A stretch of 64,000 nucleotides of DNA from Bacilli bacterium. GTDB taxonomy: Bacteria; Bacillota_I; Bacilli_A; RFN20; CAG-826. Under the pieces are notes generated by a model. That model saw nothing but the letters and a program-made list of their open reading frames with translations, had not been told where the DNA came from and searched no databases. Location of the stretch: positions 1-64,000 of the forward strand of contig JAZQOV010000011.1 in NCBI GenBank assembly GCA_045628045.1, given 5' to 3'. The position numbers were made by a program, and so were the translations under genes. Below, one piece after another: positions 36,215-47,259 of this stretch; position 1 is the first letter of the stretch; every line of letters starts with the position of its first letter.

Positions 36215-37068
36215 AAATAAATACTAGAATTTCAAACCAAACTTTTGATCAAGAACGCTCTTTATACGGCGTAAAAAATGCAGAAGTTTTTTCGTGCAAA
36301 TTTAGTGGTCCAAATGATGGCGAATCACCACTTAAAGAAACGTCAATCATAAACGTTCATGATTGTGAGTTTGACCTCCGCTATCCTTTGTGGCACTCAA
36401 CAAATTTAATTTTAGAGAATTTAAGTTTTTCTAACTTATCAAGAGCTCCACTTTGGTATGACAAAAACGTTGTTATTAAGAACACAAATTCCCAATCTCC
36501 TAAAATTTTTAGAGAATGCGAAAACATTAAACTGGAAAATTGTAAATTAGAAAGCGAAGAGCCTTTTTGGAAATGTAGCAAAATCACCGGGAATTCCTGC
36601 ATATTTTCAGGATTTTATGGCTTTTTTGCGTGTAAAAATATTTCTCTTTTTGATGTAAAATTCTCGGGTAAATATTCATTTCAATATTGCAAAAATATAA
36701 GGATTTTTAACTCTGAAATTGACACAAAGGATGCATTCTGGCATTCCAAAAATGTTTACGTAAAAGACTCAATAATTAAGGGTGAATATATCGGGTGGTA
36801 TAGCTCCAATTTAACATTTGTAAATTGTATTATTGAATCACATCAACCATTTTGTTATTCTAATAACGTAACCTTTATCAATTGCAAGATGCCAAATTGC
36901 GATTTAGCGTTTGAAAAAACGTCAATCAAAGGTAATGTTACCGGGAAAATCAATTCTATTAAAAACCCAAGGAAAGCGAGCTTTAAAGTCGAAGAAATTG
37001 GGGAGTTGATTCAAGAGAAGAAAAATAGACATGTTCATATCAAAATTACAGGTGATGTGAATAAATAA
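36211..37068 (+). CDS. DUF3737-family beta-helix protein
   Basis: ERSLYG, DGESPLKE, LRYPLWH, GKYSFQ, TKDAFWH, GEYIGW, CDLAFE; GTGA overlap with the upstream stop. Confidence 0.85.
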   Translation: MKINTRISNQTFDQERSLYGVKNAEVFSCKFSGPNDGESPLKETSIINVHDCEFDLRYPLWHSTNLILENLSFSNLSRAPLWYDKNVVIKNTNSQSPKIFRECENIKLENCKLESEEPFWKCSKITGNSCIFSGFYGFFACKNISLFDVKFSGKYSFQYCKNIRIFNSEIDTKDAFWHSKNVYVKDSIIKGEYIGWYSSNLTFVNCIIESHQPFCYSNNVTFINCKMPNCDLAFEKTSIKGNVTGKINSIKNPRKASFKVEEIGELIQEKKNRHVHIKITGDVNK

Positions 37069-37080
37069 AAGGAGATACTT

Positions 37081-38802
37081 ATGGGAAAAACTTCAATTGA
37101 AAAACCATGGATGCAGTTTTATAAAAATTTCGATGGTGATATAAGCTCAACAAATAAAACCATTTACAGATACTTGGTTGATGAAGTTGAAGATTACTTA
37201 GACTACACTGCAATAAACTACTTTGGTAAAAAATATTCATATAGACAAATGCTTTACGAAATTGATCGTTTGGCAGATTGTTTTACATATTTAGGTATTA
37301 AGAAAGGTGAAAAGGTCGTTTTTGTCACCGCAAACTTACCTGAAACACTTTTCTCATTCTATGCTCTTAATAAAATCGGTGCTGTTCCAGTTCTAGTTGA
37401 ACCAAGAATGGCAAAAAGTAGAATTGAACACTTCATCGATATGGTGAAAGCTAAGACAATTATTCTTCTTGATATTGTTTATCCAAAAGTTGCTGACTTA
37501 TTAGACAAGTACGAAATTGAACACGTTATTGTCCAAAATGCCTCGCACGCGCTCCCGTTATATAAAAAGGTATTTAAATTAATACACGAAAGAATTTCAG
37601 GTCTTGGAACTGACAAACGTGCTATTAGATATTCAACATTCTATGACGATTATGCTAAACAAGATGCTAAAGAAGTTAAGTTCAAACAAGGCTCATTAGC
37701 AGTCGTAACTCAAACTGGTGGTACAACAGGTTCACCTAAAGGTGTTATGCTTACAAACGAGGGTTTAAATGCTGTTGCATTAAGCTTCAAGTTTACAGGC
37801 AATGATTGTGTTCCATCAGACCGCTTCTTAAACATTATGCCAATCTTTACTTCTTATGGTGTTGTTTGTGGTGTCCATATGGCATTTACCCAAAGGGTAG
37901 AAAACATATTAGTACCAAATTTTGCTCCAAAGAAGTTCCCAAAATTAATGCTTCAACATAAGCCTCATGCTGTTATCGCTGTTCCTGCATTCTATGAGAT
38001 ATTTATTAATGATAAAAGAGCACAAAAAGCAGACTTATCAAATTTGAAGTTTGCGGTCTCTGGCGGTGATGTTCTTAACCCAACCTTAGAAGAAGAGTTA
38101 AATCTCTTCTTTAAGAACCATGGATGTAAGTATCATATTTGCCAAGGTTATGGCTTGTCTGAAACATCTGCTGTAACGGCATTTAACTGTGTTTATAGAG
38201 CGAAAAGTGAGGGTATCCCTCTATGTACCTCAACCATGGGTATTTTTGATCCTGATACAGGAGAAGAACTTGACTATGGTAAAAGAGGCGAAATTTGTAT
38301 TACCGGTCCATCAATTATGAATGGATATTATGATAATAAGGAAGAAACTGATAACGTGCTTAAAATGCATGATGATGGCCTTCTTTGGGTTCATAGTGGT
38401 GATAGAGGCTATTTTGATAAAGATGGTTTCTTATTCTTTGAAGGTCGTTTCAAATTCGTTATTCCACGCTTTGACGGGCACAAGAATTTCCCTATTCAAA
38501 TTGAGAGAGTCGTAAATTCTTACGAAGGTGTTGCAAATTGCTGTGTTGTTGCATGTAAAGACCTTGACCATTTACAAGGGATGTATCCTCTTGTAATTGT
38601 CGAGATGGATGATAAAGAAATTCCTGAAGAAGAAGTGCGTGAAGGCATCCTTGCTTTGTGCAATGATAAACTCGAAGAAAGAGGGCAGCCTTGCGATGTT
38701 GTCGTTGTTGATAAAATTCCACTTACTTTGGTGGGCAAAAACGACGTTACTTTGTTAAGAGAACAATATGAACATTATGATTATTATAATCATAAACTTT
38801 AA
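37081..38802 (+). CDS. Long-chain acyl-CoA synthetase (AMP-binding)
   Basis: SIEKPW, QTGGTTGSPKG, GYGLSE, GEICITGP, HSGDRG, PLTLVGK. Confidence 0.9.
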   Translation: MGKTSIEKPWMQFYKNFDGDISSTNKTIYRYLVDEVEDYLDYTAINYFGKKYSYRQMLYEIDRLADCFTYLGIKKGEKVVFVTANLPETLFSFYALNKIGAVPVLVEPRMAKSRIEHFIDMVKAKTIILLDIVYPKVADLLDKYEIEHVIVQNASHALPLYKKVFKLIHERISGLGTDKRAIRYSTFYDDYAKQDAKEVKFKQGSLAVVTQTGGTTGSPKGVMLTNEGLNAVALSFKFTGNDCVPSDRFLNIMPIFTSYGVVCGVHMAFTQRVENILVPNFAPKKFPKLMLQHKPHAVIAVPAFYEIFINDKRAQKADLSNLKFAVSGGDVLNPTLEEELNLFFKNHGCKYHICQGYGLSETSAVTAFNCVYRAKSEGIPLCTSTMGIFDPDTGEELDYGKRGEICITGPSIMNGYYDNKEETDNVLKMHDDGLLWVHSGDRGYFDKDGFLFFEGRFKFVIPRFDGHKNFPIQIERVVNSYEGVANCCVVACKDLDHLQGMYPLVIVEMDDKEIPEEEVREGILALCNDKLEERGQPCDVVVVDKIPLTLVGKNDVTLLREQYEHYDYYNHKL

Positions 38803-38824
38803 TACTTAATTCCAAAAATTACAA

Positions 38825-38857
38825 AAAAATTTCCTCGATGAATTCGGGGATTTTTTA
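38825..38857 (+). terminator. Intrinsic terminator
   Basis: ttcctcga-tgaa-ttcgggga followed by a T-run. Confidence 0.65.
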
Positions 38858-39010
38858 TTTCAAAACGAGCAGCTATTGTCGGATCAATGTCTATAAGAAC
38901 TTATAGTAAATATGTGAAAAATGTGTATGATTACCTATGGTAATAATTAGTATTGTATTAGATAAAATTTGGTAGTATAATTACTTTGTAAAAAATTTAG
39001 GAGGAACGAT

Positions 39011-42000
39011 ATGACTAAACTTTTTAAAAAGATTAAGTTGTTCTTGTTAGTCTCTGTCGCCGGCTTTATGGGCTTAGCTACTGCCGCTGGTGTCAAAGGC
39101 GCAAAAGCAGACGCAGAACCAGAAACAAAGTTAGTTTCACTTGGTAGCACTGCTGCAACAGGCACAAACTTAACAGCAGGGGTTACCGAAGAAGCAGACG
39201 GTTTCCTTGTTGAGGTCGCAGATTCATATGCGGCAAAATACGCAACAAAGGTTGGCGCAAAACTCGTTAATCTTGCTGCAGATTCATTCAGACTTGAAGA
39301 TATTTGCTTTGAGTTAGAAAACGAATCAGAGGATAGGTACTTTACAAAAGCCTTCCGTGCTGAAGGAGAAGCAAAGAGAAACAGCAAATTCGTTGCTGCT
39401 GCTACAGATGCTGGATTCAGTCTTGTAGGCTCAAGCGATAACATAAAACTTACCAGCTTCATGAAAGAAGAAATTAAATCTGCTAATTATGTTACCGTTG
39501 ATGCAGGCTTCGGTGGTTATGCTGAATACTTAAAGTATGCAGTTAATAATTTAATCGAAGGCAATCAAAAGGTTGAAATTAACGGAATCATGGAATTATT
39601 GCTTCAACCAATCAACAAGATTCTCGAAGAAGCAGTTAAATCAAACGAAGTTACTAAAGCAATCTTTGAAGTTGTTGATGAACTCATTGATGTTGATCTC
39701 GTTAAATTATTAAACGTTGGTGATGCAAAGAAGGCAGTCAGCGATTTTGTTAAACTTGTTAATGAAATGCTCGCTAGCTACTTCAATAGCATTGACACAT
39801 TAACTTCAAAAATTCGTTCACTTAACAAAGATGCAAAAATTATTGTTGTTGGCGCATCAAATCCAGTTAAAAACGGAAAAGTCAGAATTGGTGACAAGAC
39901 TGTTAATGTTGGCAAATACATCGATGCAATTATCAAATTAGTTAATAACTATACTCAAATCACAACTAAGAATTCTGGTAGTTATTTCTTTGTCGATCCA
40001 GTTAAATTTGACCTTGATACAGTCGAAGGACACGCATCAGTTGCAGAAGCAATTGACGCAGTCGTAACAGCTGGCAAATCAGCAAGAGCAGTCTTCATCG
40101 AAGATACTGTTGCTGCTATTAAGAAAGCTGTAACTGAACTTATTGATCATATTTTTGGTAAGAAAGTTTCTAAAGGCGCTATTACAAAAGGTGTCTTAAA
40201 TGAAAGAAATGATTTAACAGAATTTATTATGGAATTCTTTGATGGCGTTATCTATTCAGCCTTCCCAGGTATTGAACAAGAACACGTTGTCACAGAAATT
40301 GTTGATTTCTTTAGCGAAGATATATTCAGCAAAATCAACGCATTCGCTGTTGGTATTGTTGCAAAAGTAACAGATGAAATTATTCCTGCTGCTTTTGATC
40401 AAGTTATGACTGTTCTTAGCGGTGTTGCTTGCTATATCGAAAACGTTGTTATCGAAGCAATCAACTTTGTTGCAGCAATTCCAGCAAACATGGAAAACTG
40501 TGCAAGTGTCCAAATGATTATGGATTTCTATAATCAAACCTTCGAAACTAAAGTTAACGTCCTTGCTGATGTTCTTTCAAAAGCATTCATTGATTTAAGA
40601 GGACAAATTACTGAAGGTGTTGGATTCTTATTTACTATTCCAGCTATTTTAACAGTTGAAATTCGTTCCGCTTTATTAGCAAAACTTGTAACTGTTTTTG
40701 TCTCACATCCAATTGATTCATTAACAATTGCATATTACTTTAATAAACTCTTTGGAGATGATGCTTCAGCATTACTCGAAAAATTAGGTGCACTTAAAGA
40801 TGGCAACGCAGTTGAACAACATATTTATAATATTTTGTTTGATGTTGATGCATTATTCAAAGGTGTTCCAGCAGATGTAGAAGGATTCTTTGCTCAATCA
40901 GATCTTCTCATTGCAAAAATTGTCAGAGCTCTTGATGGAATCGTTGCAGAAATTCATTCAGAAGTTGCTCCAATGATTGCCGAAATCTTTGATACAGTTG
41001 TTGAAAATATTCAAAAGGTTATGCCACATGAATACTTATTAGTTTCAGAAATTGATGCTAATGAAAACATTCACTATTATGCAGAATGTCAAGATTGTGG
41101 CTTCCGCGTAGAAGTTTATCCAGAATATACTTGGAAAGTTCTCGAAGATGATTATGGAAATGGCGTTGGCATTGGTTGTGATGTTGAATTTACATTACCA
41201 TCAGTTCGTGGCGAAGAACCAGTTGTCATCAAAGGCTATGCAGTTGGTGCTCCTAGAGAAATGTCTACTAATCCATTCTTAGAGATGGAAGTTGTTGAAA
41301 TTCCAGAAATTGAATTTGGCGATTACGGTGTAGTCGTTGATCAAACTCCAGGTGTTGCTAAATTCACTGTTGAACATGTCTATTTCGAAGAAAATGATGA
41401 ATATGTTGACGAAGTTTACTTCGATGAAGAACTTTGCTTAGATTTCGTTCTCGATCCTATTTGCTATTTCGATTCTGGATATTATTATCAATCTGTTGCA
41501 AAATTTGACGCATACACTCTTCTTGGCGATGAATTGTGCTACATTGGTACAGTTAAATTTGAAGGAAAAGTTAATGCAGAAAGCCTTAAATTAGATCTTG
41601 AAAACAAGATTGCAACATTCGAGACCGTTTATGGAGTTGATGAATTAAGTAGCACATTCTCCTTAGCACATAGTTACGGATATACACCATACGTTAGCAC
41701 TTATGAATTCGACGATGAAACAGGTGTCTTAACAGCTATTGGTACAATTGTTACAGAAGGTGGCAAAAACTTCGATTATGAAGAAAGCGTTAGCTTTGCA
41801 GATGGCACACTTCATTTCTATGATGAAGATCAATATGATGAAGATGACAATCTAGTTTATGAAGAAGGTTTCACTGCTGAATTTGAAGTCTTCGGCACAC
41901 AACAAATTTCATATCACATGGAAGATGTTGAATATGTTTTCGACAAGAAAGAGGCCACATACACAGCAAGCGGATATGTCACATCTAACAACGTTGGTGA

Positions 42001-43399
42001 TCAAATCCAATTCTATGTAGAAGAAACCACTGATGCATATATTGCAAAGAAAACAACTCCAGCCGGATTCTGCATTTGCATGGACTTCGATTTCCCAGGA
42101 TTCGCTGATTATTGCAAATTATTACAAGTTTCAGGTATTCAATATCGTTGGGATATGGAAGAATTAAGCTGTTTAGCAACATTCTATGTTACTTCCCAAA
42201 CTGATTCTGATATTAGTTTCATGTTCTATGAATATGCCACTGTTGAAGATTATAGTGGCGTTGAAGTTACTGCTGATGGTAGACTCTGTGCTGATTTCAC
42301 TTTAGTTCCTGATTCATATATGGGTGCAAATGTATCTGAAGTTTACACACGTATATATAATAAGGACGCAGGCACAGCTGTTGAACATTCAAACTACTAT
42401 ATTGATGGTGTTAAAGCTGGTGAAACAAATGTTGTTTACGAATTAGAAGGTGAAGCTTTAGTTCAACATTATATGGACGGATCATGGGCAGTTGGCTATG
42501 TTATTGCCGGAACCGAATATGCTATACCATTCTATGATTTAGAAGTCGAAGAAATTCCTACATTTGTAAAAAATGAAAACGGCAATTTCGAAGCAACAAT
42601 GAAATTCGTTGATCCACTTGGACAACACTTTGAAGGCAAATATCTTTTACAAAATGCTATCTATGCTAATTCACAAATTGCAGAAGGCTCTTCAGTTGAA
42701 TACACATTAAGTGAAGACGGATCAACATTCACAGCATCTGTCACCTTAGTTGATATATTCGACTTTACTTACATAGTTGAAGAAACAGTACCAGCAGTTA
42801 GTGAATATAAGATTCTTCCAGACGGAACAACTGTCTTTACGTATAAAAACGCAGTAGACTTTACCTTAAAGAATTTATTCAAAGGTTGTTCTGAAGAAGT
42901 TAGAGTTTCAGGAACCCCACTTGCTGTATTTGCAGAAGGTGGTAAGGCATCTGTTAGTGGTGTTGGTGTTTCATTCAGCGAAGGTGCATTAGAATCATTA
43001 AGCGATTCTGCTGCATTAGTTGCTAATACAACAAAGACCGAAGATGGAACAATGCTTGATATTAAGATTGAAGATCTTGGTAGAGAAGTTGAATTTGATG
43101 GTGAATGTACAGTTACAGTCCCATTTGATGAAAAAGTTCCAACTGGTTGTGAAGTCAAAGTTTATTACCAAGGTGCTGATGGTGAAGTTGATATGGGTGC
43201 TGTCTATGATAAGACAACAGGTACTGTATCATTCAACACTACACACTTCTCACAATACCGTGTTGTTGTTGAAAGAGTCGGCTTAGGCTTATGGTGGATT
43301 TTAATCGGATTTGGCATTCTTCTTGCTGTTGCAGCAGTTTGCTACTTCGTTATTATTAGACCACGCACAAATAAGAAGGCTAAAAAAGGGAATAAATAA
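39011..43399 (+). CDS. Large surface protein: degenerate SGNH-like N-terminus, helical region, acidic beta repeats, THFS motif domain, C-terminal TM
   Basis: Signal peptide; LVSLGSTAATG, EIKSANYVTVDAG and LNKDAKIIVVG align with the SGNH blocks of the neighbouring gene; FNTTHFSQY then TM and basic tail. Confidence 0.65.
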   Translation: MTKLFKKIKLFLLVSVAGFMGLATAAGVKGAKADAEPETKLVSLGSTAATGTNLTAGVTEEADGFLVEVADSYAAKYATKVGAKLVNLAADSFRLEDICFELENESEDRYFTKAFRAEGEAKRNSKFVAAATDAGFSLVGSSDNIKLTSFMKEEIKSANYVTVDAGFGGYAEYLKYAVNNLIEGNQKVEINGIMELLLQPINKILEEAVKSNEVTKAIFEVVDELIDVDLVKLLNVGDAKKAVSDFVKLVNEMLASYFNSIDTLTSKIRSLNKDAKIIVVGASNPVKNGKVRIGDKTVNVGKYIDAIIKLVNNYTQITTKNSGSYFFVDPVKFDLDTVEGHASVAEAIDAVVTAGKSARAVFIEDTVAAIKKAVTELIDHIFGKKVSKGAITKGVLNERNDLTEFIMEFFDGVIYSAFPGIEQEHVVTEIVDFFSEDIFSKINAFAVGIVAKVTDEIIPAAFDQVMTVLSGVACYIENVVIEAINFVAAIPANMENCASVQMIMDFYNQTFETKVNVLADVLSKAFIDLRGQITEGVGFLFTIPAILTVEIRSALLAKLVTVFVSHPIDSLTIAYYFNKLFGDDASALLEKLGALKDGNAVEQHIYNILFDVDALFKGVPADVEGFFAQSDLLIAKIVRALDGIVAEIHSEVAPMIAEIFDTVVENIQKVMPHEYLLVSEIDANENIHYYAECQDCGFRVEVYPEYTWKVLEDDYGNGVGIGCDVEFTLPSVRGEEPVVIKGYAVGAPREMSTNPFLEMEVVEIPEIEFGDYGVVVDQTPGVAKFTVEHVYFEENDEYVDEVYFDEELCLDFVLDPICYFDSGYYYQSVAKFDAYTLLGDELCYIGTVKFEGKVNAESLKLDLENKIATFETVYGVDELSSTFSLAHSYGYTPYVSTYEFDDETGVLTAIGTIVTEGGKNFDYEESVSFADGTLHFYDEDQYDEDDNLVYEEGFTAEFEVFGTQQISYHMEDVEYVFDKKEATYTASGYVTSNNVGDQIQFYVEETTDAYIAKKTTPAGFCICMDFDFPGFADYCKLLQVSGIQYRWDMEELSCLATFYVTSQTDSDISFMFYEYATVEDYSGVEVTADGRLCADFTLVPDSYMGANVSEVYTRIYNKDAGTAVEHSNYYIDGVKAGETNVVYELEGEALVQHYMDGSWAVGYVIAGTEYAIPFYDLEVEEIPTFVKNENGNFEATMKFVDPLGQHFEGKYLLQNAIYANSQIAEGSSVEYTLSEDGSTFTASVTLVDIFDFTYIVEETVPAVSEYKILPDGTTVFTYKNAVDFTLKNLFKGCSEEVRVSGTPLAVFAEGGKASVSGVGVSFSEGALESLSDSAALVANTTKTEDGTMLDIKIEDLGREVEFDGECTVTVPFDEKVPTGCEVKVYYQGADGEVDMGAVYDKTTGTVSFNTTHFSQYRVVVERVGLGLWWILIGFGILLAVAAVCYFVIIRPRTNKKAKKGNK

Positions 43400-43467
43400 T
43401 ATAAGAGGAAAAGGGTTACGATAGTTTGTCGTAACCCCTATCCCGTATATCGGAAAGGAATTAATAT

Positions 43468-46400
43468 ATGAAAAAATTATTACAATTATTACTTGCGCTT
43501 ACTATGGCAAGACCAGCTGCATATGCTGAGAAAAATAAGACATTCAATTATGTTAGTTTTGGTGATTCCCAAACTGCCGGCTTAGGCTTACATGGTTGCG
43601 TTCCAGAATGGTTCTATGAAGATCCTTCGTATTATTGGACAGGAACAAACCCAATCACTGGAGAAAAAATAAAGAGTGGTTACTTCGCATCGGGATATTA
43701 TTTCCAATCAGAAGATAGCTATCCAAGATTAATTGAAAAGGCATTACAAAGAGAATACAAAAATGTAAACTTCAAACCTGCCGCAATTAATGCATTTAGA
43801 GCCGAAACTCTTAAACATCTTCTTTACGGCGAACCAATGACTCATGTCTATGATCAATTTATGGCATCTGACTATATTAGTGGTTCTGAAGCAGAAAGAC
43901 ATGAAACTTACACAATTAATGGTAAGGTTTATACTTACGATAAGGCAAAAACAAGCGTAAGTGCTGAAATGATTAGCGCAGTCGAAAATGCTGATTTAAT
44001 CACATACGATTTAGGCGCAAACGATTTCGGTGGATTCTTTATGTTTGGATCTTTTGCTTCTTACCTTGAAAAATACGGAATTAAAGTCACAGATTTATAT
44101 GAACTTATTCCAGCCGAATATGCTGATATTTATTATTCAACAAAAGGCTATATTTTAAATATGATTCTTGAATCTGCTGGAGAAGCTATTCCTGCAGAAT
44201 TACTTTCATCACTTACATCATATGTTGATATGTTTGTTTATTCATTAGTGTCATTCATAGTTAACTTTGATGCCACTATGGAAAGAATTTATACATTAAA
44301 CCCAGATGTTGAAGTTGTCGTTATGTCAATTCAAAACATCTATAAAGATGCACAAGCAGCAATGGGTGATATGGTTCTCCCACTCGGTGACATCATAGGT
44401 GTATTAATGACTATTGCTAATGCATATACATCATTCTTCTCACCATATGCTAATAAGTATTATTATGTTGATTTTGGTAATGAACACGTTCACGATCATA
44501 TCGATGAACTCGAAACATGGTCATCACAAAGATCATTCTTAAATACTTCACTTACACGTTATGCTGAATTAGAAAGATTAATGGGTTATGGTGAAATTAT
44601 TGATTCATTCAATGTTTACTCAGAACTCTTAGTTGAATATACTCTTAAGAACGAAATTGCAGCAAGAGAAAACGTTATCGTCGGTGGAAGACAACTTACA
44701 TTTGACGAAATCGTCAATTCAAATTCCTATGCTTTAAGAAGCATTAAGAATAGAATTCAAAAAGAATTAGCTGTTAAAACAAAACTTTCTTATTATGCTC
44801 ATGCTAGAGCATTTGTATGTTCATTTGAAAACAAGACCATGGCCATGGAAGCCACATGGGGCGATCCAGCACTTGATCAAATCAGTGTTATCGCAAAAGA
44901 ATATCAAGATAAATTTAATCCAAATCTTAGCGAAGAAGCTAATATCTTAAATGTTATTAATGATCTTGATAAAGCAATTACTGCTGAATATTCAGGAGCA
45001 GAGAACGCTGATAAACAAGCTGCATTATTTGCACAATTATTAGGTACTGGTTATGCTTATGCATTTATGTGCCACAGATCTGTTGAAGGTCATAAAGAAT
45101 GTGCAGAAAGAGTACTTGCAGCATTCCACGCAAAGAATAATAAGAGAACAACTGGTAAAGAAGGCTTACTCGCTGCATTACCATCAATCTTATTTAACTT
45201 TAATAAAGAAAAGAGCTATCAAACTGTAGCTCAAGTAGTTGCAGCAATTACCCCATTTATCGTTGGTGGTAAGATCAATGAAGGCTATATCGTTTCAACA
45301 CTTGATGAACTTCTTGCCTTTATCGATAACGCTGAACAATACGTTACAGAAAACGAAGAAGCTGTTGTAAATGTTAAGACAGCAATTGATAGCTTAGTTG
45401 AACAACTTGGTTTAACTGAACAATTTGCAGAATTACTTGCAAGCAATCCATTATTAAAAGAATTCTACGAAAATACTGAAGAAATGCTCATCAAGACATT
45501 CGGTGATGCAAGACTCGCATTAAAGATTGTCGAATTTGTTGAAATACTCAGAAATACATTCGTTGGAAGAGATATTGCTGTTGCAGTTTCATATGCAGTT
45601 GGCGAAGTCTTAAAAGATCTCGGCATTGCATTAGCTGAAATTGTTAAGGTTGCAGAAGGCATTGGCGAAAAAGTTCATGAAGCAATTATGAACACTCCAA
45701 GTGCTATCTCATATGCTATTAAAGCAATTGAAGAAGCTCTTGGCGTTGTCGCTGATAAAGTAATGGCAGCTCTTGACTATGCTGGCCACGTTGCTGGTGA
45801 AGTTAAAGATAAAGCAATTGAAGTTTCAATCGAAGCACTTCATGCAATTGATAAGGCATTTGATTGGACAGGTGATCAACTTAAGAATTTAGTTGAATTC
45901 ATTGCTAAAACATTTGTTAAAACTGTAAATGCTACTGAAGAAGCTGCTAAAAATGCTGCTGTTGCAACATATAACGCAGTTAAATATGTAGCAGAAGAAG
46001 TTGGTAATTCAGTTGACTTTGTCTTAGGAGAATTATCAGAGATTCCAGGAATCATTGGCGAAGCTATAGGCGATGCCCGTGCATTTACTGAATCAGTCTT
46101 ATCATGGGCAGGTAAACAAGTTAGCAAGGCATTCTCTGCTGTTGTTGATGTCCTTGATAGTATTCCAGGCGCAGTTAAAGAAGGTGCAGAATTTGTTGCC
46201 TCAGTAATTGCTGATCTTATTGGAAAAGCAAAAGATGCTATCGGTGATGTTGTCAGTTTCGAAAAAGAAGTTGCTGAAAAAATCTATAATGCTGGTAAAT
46301 CAGCTGTAGAATATGTTGTCGATGAAGTTTCTAAGGCAATTCCAGAAGTTGTTGAATTTGTCGAAGATGCAGCAAAATTCGTTTCTGACGGAGTTAAAGC

Positions 46401-47040
46401 ATATGTTAATTTTGTAAGAGAAACCATTGCTTCAATTCCAGGTGCTATCCGTGATGCAGTTGATAATATTGGCGAAGTTGCAAGTAAGATCTTCAACTCA
46501 TTATCTGATTTCTCAAAAGAAGCAATTACCACAGTTATTAATGTAGCTGGTGAAATCGCTGGTAATGTTGAAGATGCAGTTAAAGCAGGAGCTTCATTTA
46601 TTGCTGATGCAGTTTCAGAAATTGCTGGTAATGTTGGCGACTTCATTGGAAGCGTTATTGAATTCTTTACAGGAAATAGAAGAGTTACAAGAGGTGCTCC
46701 AGTACCACAAGAATATCATGGTATTGAAGCTCTTGAAGAATTCGTTGCAAAGATTCAAGAAACATTAGCAAAAGCTGAAGATGTCAGCCTTGAAACTGTT
46801 GCTGTGCTTCTTGGTTATGTTACCAAAGTTATTCCGGCAGCAATTCAAGAAGTCTATACAATGGCTGTTAAAGGAGTTAATGAATTTGTCATTGCTTCTT
46901 ATGAAAAACTTGCAAGCACTGTAATGAGCGAAGTTTGTGGCTTTGTTAGTTCAGTTGCTCCAGTTGCAATGAGCGTCTACTCAGACCTCTTAGCAGCATT
47001 ATCAAGTGCATTCATTGCATGGGCTCCATTATTCAAATAA
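43468..47040 (+). CDS. Secreted SGNH/GDSL hydrolase with long amphipathic-helix C-terminus
   Basis: YVSFGDSQTAG, ADLITYDLGAND, NPDVEVVVM, CHRSVEGH; Ala/Val/Glu-rich helical repeats. Confidence 0.8.
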   Translation: MKKLLQLLLALTMARPAAYAEKNKTFNYVSFGDSQTAGLGLHGCVPEWFYEDPSYYWTGTNPITGEKIKSGYFASGYYFQSEDSYPRLIEKALQREYKNVNFKPAAINAFRAETLKHLLYGEPMTHVYDQFMASDYISGSEAERHETYTINGKVYTYDKAKTSVSAEMISAVENADLITYDLGANDFGGFFMFGSFASYLEKYGIKVTDLYELIPAEYADIYYSTKGYILNMILESAGEAIPAELLSSLTSYVDMFVYSLVSFIVNFDATMERIYTLNPDVEVVVMSIQNIYKDAQAAMGDMVLPLGDIIGVLMTIANAYTSFFSPYANKYYYVDFGNEHVHDHIDELETWSSQRSFLNTSLTRYAELERLMGYGEIIDSFNVYSELLVEYTLKNEIAARENVIVGGRQLTFDEIVNSNSYALRSIKNRIQKELAVKTKLSYYAHARAFVCSFENKTMAMEATWGDPALDQISVIAKEYQDKFNPNLSEEANILNVINDLDKAITAEYSGAENADKQAALFAQLLGTGYAYAFMCHRSVEGHKECAERVLAAFHAKNNKRTTGKEGLLAALPSILFNFNKEKSYQTVAQVVAAITPFIVGGKINEGYIVSTLDELLAFIDNAEQYVTENEEAVVNVKTAIDSLVEQLGLTEQFAELLASNPLLKEFYENTEEMLIKTFGDARLALKIVEFVEILRNTFVGRDIAVAVSYAVGEVLKDLGIALAEIVKVAEGIGEKVHEAIMNTPSAISYAIKAIEEALGVVADKVMAALDYAGHVAGEVKDKAIEVSIEALHAIDKAFDWTGDQLKNLVEFIAKTFVKTVNATEEAAKNAAVATYNAVKYVAEEVGNSVDFVLGELSEIPGIIGEAIGDARAFTESVLSWAGKQVSKAFSAVVDVLDSIPGAVKEGAEFVASVIADLIGKAKDAIGDVVSFEKEVAEKIYNAGKSAVEYVVDEVSKAIPEVVEFVEDAAKFVSDGVKAYVNFVRETIASIPGAIRDAVDNIGEVASKIFNSLSDFSKEAITTVINVAGEIAGNVEDAVKAGASFIADAVSEIAGNVGDFIGSVIEFFTGNRRVTRGAPVPQEYHGIEALEEFVAKIQETLAKAEDVSLETVAVLLGYVTKVIPAAIQEVYTMAVKGVNEFVIASYEKLASTVMSEVCGFVSSVAPVAMSVYSDLLAALSSAFIAWAPLFK

Positions 47041-47061
47041 TTTGAGTAATTAAACAAATAC

Positions 47062-47093
47062 AAAACCAGATCGTTTCTAGCGGTCTGGTTTTT
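47062..47093 (+). terminator. Intrinsic terminator
   Basis: aaaaccagatcg-tttctag-cggtctggttttt. Confidence 0.85.
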
Positions 47094-47259
47094 ATTTTGC
47101 TTAATTGAGAGTTCTTTACTTTTCTTATATTAATATAAAAAAAGCTTTTAGGCTTATTTAGGCTCTCAATTAAGAAAGAATGTAAACTTAACCGTCACAA
47201 TAAGAAAAAGGCCTCTATGGGCCTTAAAACATATTTATAAATAATTTTATTATTAATTC

